Part shown: piece after piece, positions 54,001 to 64,000 of the stretch
Layout of the letters: each line of letters opens with the position of its first letter
Position numbering within the stretch: position 1 is the first letter of the stretch
The notes under the pieces: model-generated
What the model was told of the DNA's origin: nothing
What the model saw: only the letters and a program-made list of their open reading frames with translations
The model's database searches: none
DNA from: Antedon mediterranea
Taxonomy: Eukaryota > Animalia > Echinodermata
DNA: 64,000 nt
Assembly (NCBI RefSeq): GCF_964355755.1
Contig: NC_092674.1
Span: 28,334,001 to 28,398,000, forward strand
Direction of reading: 5' to 3'
Made by a program: the position numbers and the translations under genes

Positions 54001-57000
54001 AATTCGTGATATCATTTTACAAAGATATTTTTTTAAACAATGTTTTGAAGATAATGATGATGATGATAATGCTGTCTGAAATATGAGAATGGCGATTATG
54101 AGTTTACGATGATTATTAGAGCTGATACTAAGGATGATGTTGACGAGATTGTCTAGGCTATCATATTGACAATAATCAATATTACTGCTAATGATAATAC
54201 AAGAAAGATGGGTTGATGATGATGATGTTAATGATAGGGTACTTCTTAATGAGAGGTTGAAGCCTGTTCAGTGGATGTTTTGGTCAAGTCTCCATTCCAT
54301 CACAATATCAATATTGATGATGTAATGATGACCCTTTGATGAGGTCGGTAATAGATGACCTTTTGATGAGGTCGGTAATAGATGACCTTTTTGATGAGGT
54401 CGGCAAGAGATGATCATTTGATGTTGTTGACAAAGCAAAAGTTTTCTTGTCTTTAAAGATATGTTTTGAACATTTCTAACAAGATTTTATTACGAACTAA
54501 ATGATGAATTCAAGTAGATTTTCTATTTCATCTACGTCATATGATTGCTCTGAGCAAAACTATTCTCTTTATATAAATAGTAATCACTCTTATAAAAGCA
54601 GTTTGTTTTTACACTGTTTCAAATTTATTCTATAGTAATCAAATTTTTCAAAATACTTTTTTCTTTTTGTTTTTTTTTCCTTCAAAAGTCTTCATTTTAA
54701 AAAAAAAATCAAACAGGTAATGATAGGGGTCCTTTTGAGAAAAAAAAATCTTATAAGAATATTTTTATCTTTATTAATATAGGGAAAGGAAGTATTCTAT
54801 TCAGTCCTTCTTTCTTCAGATAAACCAAATAAAAAAATATTTAAAAGGAAAAAATTAAGACTTTAGCACAATTAAACAAATCATCATTCCCAAAACACAG
54901 AAATATGGAAGCAAATCGTGGAAAGCATAATGTCGCAATGACGGAAAACATATCAAGAGATTCTTCAGATATATTCACCTACTCACCACACACATCTTTA
55001 TAATTTGTGAGATAGTCATTTTTACTGATGTTATTGAAAAACATGAAAATCCTAATTTTTCAAAAGACACAATGAAACTATGTTATGATTGTTACAAAAT
55101 TATGTTATGATCTGAACTCAATTATATTAATATGAGTACAACATCTGAACTGACTTCATTACAAAGAAAACATATTAAATAACTAGAATTACACAATATC
55201 GACACTTGAGATACTAAACTAAAGTTAATGTCCACATCTTGTAATAATAAGATATTTTATAATCATTGACACGGTCTCTAGCAACAGAGATACTGACTTT
55301 ATAAACTGTAAACTAGTACTTGATCTAAATATGTGAAATTTTTATTGCCTTTTGAGACAACTTAAACTCATTGTGTTAGATACAAATTGATGACAATGAT
55401 GAGATGTAATTTAGTCAACACTGAGCCAATATTAAAAAGGAAATTTTGGTGGTAAAATTAATGTTTGTTGTTTTTATGATTGAACAAACTTGTATCAGCT
55501 AAAATAATTTACTTACAAAAAAGGGTTAAATATGAAAATTATCATTTAAAAACAGTTTTATTTAATTTATTCAATTTTCAGATACAGACAACAACATAAA
55601 AATACACAAGAATTTAAGATACTGTATATTAAATTAAAAAATTGTGTTGTGTTAAAATTAGGTTATTATTTCTAAGGATAACCATAAGCAAATTAATTAT
55701 TCACTATCCTTCTTCAAATATATTTAACTGTCACTTATATAATAAAGAAAGACATTATATCATTCAAAATTATATTTTAAATATATTCTACGTTGTTTCA
55801 TTAATTAAGTCTAGAAACCCAAATACGATTAAGCAATTAGCAAATGTTATTGTATGCGCTGTCAAGAAAGGAACATTTTATTAGTTTTAAGGCCAAGGCC
55901 TACAGTACATAATACAGAATAAAGTTGACTTGAAAATATATACTGTGACGTACCAAAAGTCTTTGGGAGCGGATTTTTTTTTTTGTCAATGAGAAAAATC
56001 TGATGGGATTTGAACCCATGACACTGGTCTCAAGCATCTTAACCACCAAGCTACATGACTCTCATTCCAACATAAAAGTCTATAAATAAATTAGCTGCAA
56101 TAATGAGTTCTCCCTGAAGCATACAGTATTCTAGACTTAGCTTTCAAAATATGACTTTTATTCTTTATTAAACCTTTACAATAACATCACCTTTAAATAA
56201 CAAAGCTGATATATCCTGCATCCTAATGCAATGTAAACACACAAATCATCATGGTATTTTAGTTATATTTTGTTTATAATCTAAACCTCATGAAATAAGT
56301 GAAGCTCTCTTGCCACAAAATTAAATTTGGGGAAAGAGGCAACTCTTATAAAAAAAATAGAGGGGGGGGGGGAATTATAAGGACATAAGCTCTGTCTACA
56401 CACATCCTTTTTCCAGGAAATGTTTTCTTCTTGATATCCTCCCGTTCCTCCAATCGAGGCTTTCTCATCCTGGATCAGCCCATTTTAACATTTTCTATGA
56501 GAATACAAATTAAATCGTCGTCATGGGATAAACAACGCTAGACGATGAAACGGCAGTTCAAAATGAAACCTGATAGGTTTCGAAACGTACTGTAAGTTCG
56601 CTTATATCATTTTTTGGCTGTTCTTAAAGAAATTTTATTTAATAAATTTGCATCGTTGCGAGTATTTGTTCAAATGGATTGAACTATTAAAAAAAAAAAT
56701 CAGCAAATCATTACAGTAACATTGAATTGTACTTTATCATAAAAGAAAGAAAGAGAGTTTGTACATTTGTTTGTTATACAAATTTTTTCTAGGAATGGCA
56801 GGCATCCATATATGGGACATCAAATGACCAAAATTGTACTGGGAAGGTTTTAAACTACAGTACTGTACAATTACCTGTCATTTTGGATCTAGTAATTGGC
56901 AACCAAAATGGTGTATAAATTTGGACTTTTCTTCATTTTGTGTCTTGTGTGTTTTATATTAAAGATACTGAAAAACACAGAATGGCAGAATGAGTTTATG

Positions 57001-60000
57001 GAAAGTTATATGTGAAAATGTTTACCTTTCTTGCCAATGGAATGGACAACTCTGTACACATACTGTTTAAGCTTTTTACAATTCTTTTCTCCCAATTTAA
57101 CTGTAAATAAAAAAATAATATATAATTAGTATAGCATAATATTCTGTATGTAGATTTTTGTAAATGTGTCTGGTGTTTTTCTCAACCTTTTCACAAAACA
57201 ACCACGGTAGAATATGCAGATGTCGAGTCAAAAAGTCAATCTGCCCACGCTCAGAAACATATGCACAGAGCGACTGTTAGACTCGATAGAAGCTTACTAG
57301 CATGTCACGTTGAGAAATCTAACGGTCGATAAAACATGAATAGATACTATTCATCTTCAGTTGATCATTTCAATCAGAAAACATTAAGTTAGACGGGGCA
57401 TTAAAGCAATTTAACATTATGAAACATTAAAAGAAAATCAAGCTTTGAAGTAATAAACTACTTAAAAAATGCACAGAAAAGAAAAATCACGAAAAAAAAA
57501 GAACAATACCAAGTTTGCCATTAAAAGGAAACTATTGTCCCTTAATCATAAACACTTTTTATTATTTAATAAAATGTAACAATTGAAAGAAATCTATTGA
57601 AATTGTGATCCTTCAAAGTGCAAAGATTAATATTAATACGTAAACCCATTGTTTGTAAATAGGATTTTTTTGTGCAAAAAGCATTTTAAAAAGACTAGAA
57701 AAAAAATCTTATCTTTATAAAGATTTATGTTACTTTGGCCTTGGAGATATGGGAATTTGATCAATTTAAAAAAAAACTATTAAATAAAGATTATCGTTTA
57801 AAGATAAATCTTGAAAAACAAAAATTATTTGAAATATAAAGAGTATGAGAGTGTTATTAAAAAAGTTATACCACATCCTATGTAAATTTGAACCCCGATT
57901 AGTAAGGGATGTGACCTGAATATGGGTGTGGTCTGAATAGGGGTGTGGTCTGAATATGGGTGTGGTCTGAATAGGGGTGTGGTCTGAATAGGGGTTTGGT
58001 CTGAATATGGGTGTGGTCTGAATAGGGGTGTGGTCTGAATATGGGTGTGGTCTGAATAGGGGTGTGGTCTGAATATGAGTGTGGTCTGAATATGGGTGTG
58101 GTATGCATAGGGGTGTGGTCTGAATAGGGGTTTGGTCTGAATAGGGGTGTGGTCTGAATATGGGTGTGGTCTGAATATGGGTGTGGTCTGAATAGGACAG
58201 GGGGTTCTACTGTATGGTATGATCAATTCCCACATAAATTTCACTTTTACAAACAATCTACTATTTTTAATGCTTACTTTTGTATAATATTCTTTAAAAA
58301 TGTCATAATCGCAATCATCAAATTTGAAGTCAGTATTTTTTTTTAAATTAAATTCCCTTAATTCTATTTTATTTTGATAATATAATACATTTTAAGAGAG
58401 TAGATTGGACATCGTTACAACATAGAAAGAAAACCATAAATCTTAAATCTCGAGATTTGATATTTTTTACATTGAAAAAAATTATAATGGGGTAATGGCA
58501 ATCAAGAAAATGTAGTGCACAAACTTTTTGTCGACAACATTCTAATTGCAATGCGCAATAAATTATTGTTGTTTCTCTTTCTGGAAGTTATAAATGTTAA
58601 TTTTAATTTGGTGCAATTGAATGTCAAGATCATTGATATATTCATGTATTTGTATTTAACATTCTTTAATACTTTCCCCGCAATCCATAAGCCATAAAAA
58701 CAGCACGTTCATTCGAGATGCTCCTTGACCAGTTCTAGTGGTAGAACAAGTATTCTTGGATAAGGACTTAAAAAACTGGAGGTCCCAGTACACATCAAGC
58801 TTATGTGCACTTTTAAAGAACCCAGTTCATTTTTCGGAAGGGTATACTAGGGGATTACTGCGGTTTACTGGTCCGTCTCAGCTCTTGTCATTAAAGACAA
58901 ATGAATGAGCACTGTTTGGACACAGGCTGTACTACACAAAGGGACTCTTTAGCTTGGTTCCCACTAGCGACGCAACCTACGTAACATAAGAAAATGCCCT
59001 TCCAATAATTAGGTTATATGCATGATATGCATATAACCTCTTGATTCTGTCAGAATCTTTATTTATTCTTTCCTTAGCACTATTTTGTCCGTGAATTATC
59101 TTGATATCAGTTTCATCTAGCTAAGTAAATTTTTCAGAGTATATTCCTTATGGCCAGGAATCGATGTGGTTATATTTTCACGGTGCGCAATCAAACATTA
59201 CGTGGTCTACGCGCGATTTAATGAAATCACGTTTGTAATCATATCTTCACAAGCATGAATCATTTTTAAACAAAATTTGGTACTCATAAATTTCAGGTCA
59301 TATTTCATCATATGGCAATACAATTACGTGCGTAGCGCATATAACGCATGCGTACGCGCGCTTAAATGGTTCAAAATTGTCAGAATTTATTTTCGATGAA
59401 ATTAGAGTACGTTTCAGGCAATTTTAAGCGTTTAAAAAATTGCCATGAGTGCGCAGATTTTTGCACGCGCACTGCGCGTCAAACGTTAATGCGCACTTGT
59501 TTTGTCCGATTAATGTTGTATAACCTTTCTTTAATAACATCATCATATTTTATTCATTTTTCAACGCGAAACAGCGAGGCTACGCACGTGTAAGTTAACA
59601 AAATGGTGAAAATATGCTAAATTTTAAAATTAATATATATCGTTAGAATGTTCGGAACACCTATTTTTTATTTCATTTTCTTGAAGTGTATGGGTATCAT
59701 ATGTATGATTTATTATGAAATTAGGAGAAAAAAAGTTGATTAAGTCATCATTAATGGCATTTTAAATTTAAAAAAATGAATTTTGACAATCAAACAAATT
59801 ATAACATTTTCTTAGGCCGAAATAACAAACTTAACATTAACTTTCTTCCTTAAGAAGTTCATATATTAAAATTAATAGTATATACTGTAGTTTGACAGTG
59901 CATCATTTTTAAACATTTTTAAAGATGTCATCATAGTAAAACATTATAATTCATTGCGGTATGTAATAATCTATCTGCACCAAAGTGGTTACTGCATAGT

Positions 60001-62469
60001 AAATACACGGAGGAATCTTCTCATAACTTTAGTCAGTTGTGAATGGCTCGGTGGTCTTTGCTCGTGTCTATAGCATTCAAGGTACCGAGTTCGAGTCTCA
60101 CCTTGGGAAACGAAACGAAATAAGATTTTTTTTTATTATCCGTATTGTTTGTTCAATTGTATTTCTTAGTGTATAGATTATACACATGATTTATAATGAA
60201 ATCTCAATAAAAACACAAATGTGGTTTATGACAATACACAGAAGGATCTTTGATCGGATTGTGATACCGGCTATTGTATTTGCGTTAGCAAGATCCTATC
60301 ATATATTATAAATAACTAACGATTCTGAGAAAATCAATCAATCAATCAATATATCTTAAATCAATCAATTATCTTTATTTAAATCAATGCATATAACCTA
60401 TAATTCGTCATAGTGACGAATTAAATCTAGTTGTGTTTGCCCCGTCTGCGTGAAATCAAACTTTCGATGTTTGCAGCACTGTCGCGTCGTCGGTTCCCAC
60501 TTGTGATTACGCAATACAGCACGTTGCGTCGATACGTCACTGCGTTGCGTCGCTAGTTGTTGTATGTTTTTTTTCACACCTGTGCACAATTCAGCAAAGT
60601 AGGCTGCGAGTCGCAGATGATTCCGCTCATATTTTTTTACATTTCCATTTAATACAAAATCAGGTATGATGTAGTACAGTATTAGTGCAGTGTAACGTAG
60701 CCGTTTCTAGTTACAGGAGAATTACCAGCAAGTGTTCTGGCAGTTAAGGCTCTCAAAACCATAGTCATAACATCGCTACAGGTCCAAGGTTTACAGTACC
60801 TCAACTGTAGTTGTAAATAATTCTTTTCGTATAAAGACGTAAAACTGGAAATCAAGTGTAAACATTTGGCTTTTGTGCACTTCTCTAACCGGACGCATCT
60901 CTTGGAAGATTTCACGAAATGCTATATTGCATGTTTTCTTATAGATGGTATAGTTTCATCATTTTTTATTTATTTATGTTTTTATTCGAAACATTTTGAA
61001 AGCGAACAAGTATTAAGTATTGTAAAATAGCCTCCAAGGAAATAAATACTCATTCTGCTGACAATCGTTGCATGTAACGTTCAGCGGGTTTGATTGACAT
61101 GCTGAAAACATTAATTTTGGCTAAACATAAAACTATGTCAAACAGAAAACTGTGTCATTAAATTTGCAGTTTGTCGATTTAAAAAAAAGAAATTCTATCA
61201 TAGCAATATTAATCGTTTATTGCTATGAAATATATTTTTCAATAACTACACCAAATATTGGCTGTTGGCGGAGTGGTATGGAGCGGCAAATAAAAATAAG
61301 CCTATCTAAAAGCTTTTCCCAACAAACCTTGACTGACCTCTTAGGTCAAAGGTCAATGTAATAATAATAATTTATTTAGAAGCTACACTTTTGAAACAGT
61401 GGCACACTTCTTGAATGAAGGTGGGCCACAGTAAGTAAAATAAAAGTTAGAGAAAAAAAAATGATTTAACAAGGCCTGTTTACAGTACAAGGAAACTTAA
61501 ACTAAATTATCTAAAAAAAATATACAGGTTAAAAAATATTAAATACCAATTTTTACTCTTTAATAAAGACAAAATTTCAATATAGCATGGCAATACTTGA
61601 ACAAAACAAAAACACACACTTCTGTATCTTTTAAGAAGTTGATTTGAATGTTTATTTTTAATAATAAATATTTATTAACCATAATTATTTTATCACAGCA
61701 TTGTATAAAAACAATCTGTGGGATAAATGACAGCAATCAAGAATAAATAAAATTTGATTTTCTCCTCGTTTTATCTTTATTTATGTTACTTAAACCTCAA
61801 CAATTAAAGCTATGTGATGTACCTTTTTCTCAGGATTTAGTTAAATTGTTTAGACGTTTTACTTTTTTTGTCTTGAGAAATAATTTTTTTTTCTTCAGAA
61901 ATAAATGGGTTTTTTTTCTTGAGAAATAAATGGGGTTTTTTTTTCTTGAGAAATAAATTAGTTTTTTTTCTTGAGAAATGAATGTTTTTTTTTTGAGAAA
62001 TAAATGTTATTTATTTTCTTGAGAAATAAATGGGTTTTATTTTCATTGAGTTATATAGAACTACTACCTGTAGACTGTTGCAAATAGAGGATATGTATTT
62101 GTATTAATTTTAAAATGCATCATGTCAACATATTCTACTGCAGTAACTACAGTACAGTACATTTCGTTTACCCTAAACTTTTTATACAATAATTATAGAC
62201 AAGCCTGATGAAACACACTGTTACTGCATCTCATAAAATTCTATGGTACATTGAGACAAAAAACAAAATTGCTGTGCAATAAACAAATAAGTAGTTACTG
62301 CAGCAACTGCAGTATTGTAGAATAATTTGTACATGATGCTAACTCACCTGTGCTCTTCTTATATAAGCTAATGGTTCCTTAATATGTTCCAATGGCGCGT
62401 CAGGGTTTTCCGTTGGCGGAAACTGGCTAAGTTGCTTATAAACAGCATTCTTTAACAGTTTCTCTTGTC
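27046..62469 (-). CDS. TBC1D19: TBC1 domain family member 19 (5' exons beyond the right edge)
   Basis: Exons in transcript order: 62348..62469, 57026..57100, 52992..53055, 49210..49364, 46999..47071, 44697..44845, 36465..36539, 31556..31703, 30158..30235, 29195..29304, 27863..27954, 27530..27645, 27046..27188; GT-AG with consistent phases. Peptides WEKRIVKSLNSMCTELSIPLARK, FRPVYAPKDFL, DVKLTATNDDQYFVFED, YPPNGVIPFHGFSM, FKWLMRAFSGYL and AAAEAVLADITTMKVLPLLQVFLF match vertebrate TBC1D19 as I recall it. Confidence 0.95.
29368..29686. repeat. 23-bp minisatellite TGGAACAATATTGACCCGGTTAG
   Basis: About 13 copies; a second array of about 7 copies lies at 30304..30474. Confidence 0.93.
30304..30474. 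repeat. 23-bp minisatellite, second array
   Basis: Same unit and orientation as 29368..29686. Confidence 0.93.
32121..32965. mobile_element. Non-autonomous TIR element, Ginger-like (TGT...ACA, 4-bp TSD)
   Basis: CTTA|TGTTATGCGCGATTTGAACGA...TCGTTCAAATCGCGCATAACA|CTTA; TIR longer than 60 bp; 19 TTGCGCAA palindromes. Confidence 0.75.
33239..33596. mobile_element. Harbinger-type MITE family D, almost fully palindromic
   Basis: AGGCCCATTCACACTAGGACGATAACGAT / ATCGTTATCGTCCTAGTGTGAATGGGCCT; TAA/TTA flanks. Confidence 0.8.
34358..35462. repeat. 69-bp tandem array, 16 copies, ending in a complete family A MITE (35416..35568)
   Basis: Unit AGAGGTTCTACTGTACTACTAAAGCTTGGTTCCCACTGGKACGCAATGCAAAGACATAAGCACAATGCA. 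Confidence 0.97.
36986..37062. repeat. 20-bp repeat TAGTCATAATTATAGTTAAC, about 4 copies
   Basis: Direct reading. Confidence 0.9.
38388..38712. mobile_element. MITE with TTAA target duplication, Kolobok-like
   Basis: TTAA|AGATATATTGTTCCCC ... GGGGACACTACATCT|TTAA; a related left end at about 40657. Confidence 0.6.
39340..39520. mobile_element. TA-flanked CAGTAGAA-terminated MITE fragment, Tc1/mariner/pogo-like
   Basis: TA|CAGTAGAATTCCTATTAAGAGGACA; matching opposite ends ...TTCTACTG|TA at about 19163, 34371 and 58212. Confidence 0.55.
45097..45387 (-). mobile_element. Deu/Nin-type SINE inserted in a family C MITE (44984..45447)
   Basis: Reverse complement of the 13078 copy, 5' truncated, (AAAC)n tail, TCCAA duplicated at 45092-96 and 45388-92. 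Confidence 0.85.
48236..48690. repeat. Degenerate tandem repeat of about 48 bp (GGGACACCCATATTAAGTGGACACCTCTATTAAGG...)
   Basis: About 9 degenerate units; the core is the reverse complement of the 85-bp satellite core. Confidence 0.85.
51676..51992. repeat. About 21-bp minisatellite AATTGCGGTCTATCGGAATTG
   Basis: Direct reading, about 14 degenerate copies. Confidence 0.9.
54327..54422. repeat. About 28-bp repeat GATGACCTTTTGATGAGGTCGGTAATA, 3 copies
   Basis: Direct reading. Confidence 0.85.
57910..58214. repeat. 17-bp minisatellite GGGTGTGGTCTGAATAK ending in a CAGTAGAA-type MITE terminus
   Basis: About 17 copies followed by GGGGTTCTACTG|TA. Confidence 0.93.
59011..60430 (+). mobile_element. 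Non-autonomous Helentron/HINE-type rolling-circle element nested in a family A2 MITE
   Basis: 5' palindrome AGGTTATATGCAT-GAT-ATGCATATAACCT; 3' subterminal ATGCATATAACCT (60387-99); hairpin TAATTCGTCA-TAG-TGACGAATTA; ends CTAG; TT on both sides. The host MITE rejoins as CCAATAATT|GTGTTT. Confidence 0.8.
61870..62050. repeat. About 27-bp degenerate repeat CTTGAGAAATAAATGGG(T)n
   Basis: Direct reading, about 7 copies. Confidence 0.8.
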
Positions 62470-63700
62470 CTATTAAAACAAACAACACAAACATTTGATA
62501 TAATAAAGCTCTGTCTAAACTATCAAACTAGTTTGACAAAAAAAAGTGTGATGTGCCCAAATATGGTAGTGATATTTCCAAATATGGTAGTGATATGACA
62601 TCATCATGTCCATATTATGGGCAAATTTTAAAGTTTGATAGTGTGGACACAAGATATTGTATAGTTTACTGTATTAAAATAAATGAAATAAGATTCCTAA
62701 TTCCTAATCAACTTTGCTGGTGACAATTTTAAAAGATCTTTTTACAAAATTCAAAGGAAGAGCTGAGAAATTCCATGTACTATACTACAACAAGTAGTAA
62801 AATACAGAAACAAAAATATTACTATAGGAAAAGTTGCCAAGTAAAAGGCTGCAGATGGAATCTGTTATATATAAAATTAATACGCCATGCAATCAAGTAA
62901 ACCATCTACATGCTCTCGACCACGTGTGCAGCGGCCACAAAAATATTGTATTTTTATTTTTTCTTAGCAGCCGCGCGACTCGGTCACTTAATTACGCACA
63001 AGAAAAATAGTTCGGAAATTTTATTACAGTACATCAAAATAAATTAAATCGTTTTTTCTCAATAATTAATATAATCATAATATTGACATTATAATGTAAC
63101 AATATTTACTGCAAAATAACGTGATTTAAGTGTTACAAATAGATATACTAAAACAGCATTACGTCTTATGTTGGCCTAGTGCATGCATCATCGAGGAATT
63201 ACTATCACTACGCTCATTGACATGATTGAAAATGTATTTTAACTTTCTTCTAGCTCCACGTAAACTTAACCGATTTTCACGATTCGAACATGTAAAAACA
63301 ATATTTTTTTATAATGAATACAACTGTATGAATACTTTTATTTTTTTCTTTATGGAAACATTCATTTTATTTCGTTTGCTATATACACTGTATCTGTTTA
63401 TCTTGCACTGTCAGACCACAAGCTGTGATTTATTGCAACTGGCTCTCGTAAATCGCAGCTCTTTACTTTGATACCAAGGTTAGTTGTCACTTAGGCCTAG
63501 TGAAAATTGAGGTTGGCCGACCCGCTATAGCTTTATATATGACGGGTTAGCTGGTAAAGGGAAGGAACACGGCATGCAGGATAATAAATACAATGAAGTA
63601 ATCATGTAGGGGTAGGGTCTTATAAATAAGACAGAAAGTTTGACCCACCCCAAGATATAACATTAAATACGAATATGAAAAAAAATAAATACATAAACTA

Positions 63701-64000
63701 ACTAGAGGGTACTCCAAGAGTACAAACCTCCGCCTACTGTAAAATTCCCCTACATAAAATGTCCCCTGAATATTTTTTTTTATTTATTTTTTATTATTAG
63801 TTCTAAGTGTAAATATGTTAACTGCACACTACAAAGTTGTGGACGATAGTGTGGTGTAATGGTTATGTATCCAGCCTCTCACAGTTGAGATCGCTGGTTC
63901 AAGTCCCACTGAGGTTTTTTTTTTTTTTATTATTTTTTTATTTTTTTATTTTTTTTTTGTGGACCTTGATCTTTGACCCTGACCCTTCAAAATTTAACCA
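63701..64000 (-). mobile_element. 3' end of a second Helentron/HINE-type element (runs off the right edge)
   Basis: Reverse strand ends AGGCGGAGGTTT-GTACTC-TTG-GAGTAC-CCTCTAGT (subTIR, hairpin, CTAG-T); internal GACCTTGATCTTTGACCC motif. Confidence 0.6.

Noticed and set aside
54040-54330. Asp-rich coding-looking stretch
   Set aside because: GAT-rich low complexity with frequent stops and no splice-compatible exon.
57825-58346. Pro/His/Thr-rich ORFs
   Set aside because: Translations of the 17-bp minisatellite.

Overview
AT-rich, intron-rich animal (invertebrate-like) genomic DNA, not prokaryotic. Three spliced protein-coding genes were rebuilt by hand from GT-AG sites and frame continuity. 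Two are divergently transcribed CNBD2-like cyclic-nucleotide-binding paralogues: one on the minus strand running off the left edge, one on the plus strand apparently complete (18 coding exons, about 608 aa). The third is TBC1D19 on the minus strand (13 exons in the window, N-terminus off the right edge). Introns hold non-autonomous elements (several PIF/Harbinger-type MITE families, tRNA-derived SINEs, Helentron/HINE-type, Ginger-like and Kolobok-like elements, LINE and Penelope-like remnants) and many minisatellites. The two long ORFs at 34.3-35.5 kb are artefacts of a 69-bp tandem repeat. I found no CRISPR array, no intact tRNA/rRNA and no clearly new multi-gene system. The most notable signals are a triplicated terminal splice acceptor that could give an alternative hydrophobic C-terminus, satellites derived from MITE termini, and nested elements. 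All family assignments come from remembered motifs, not database searches.
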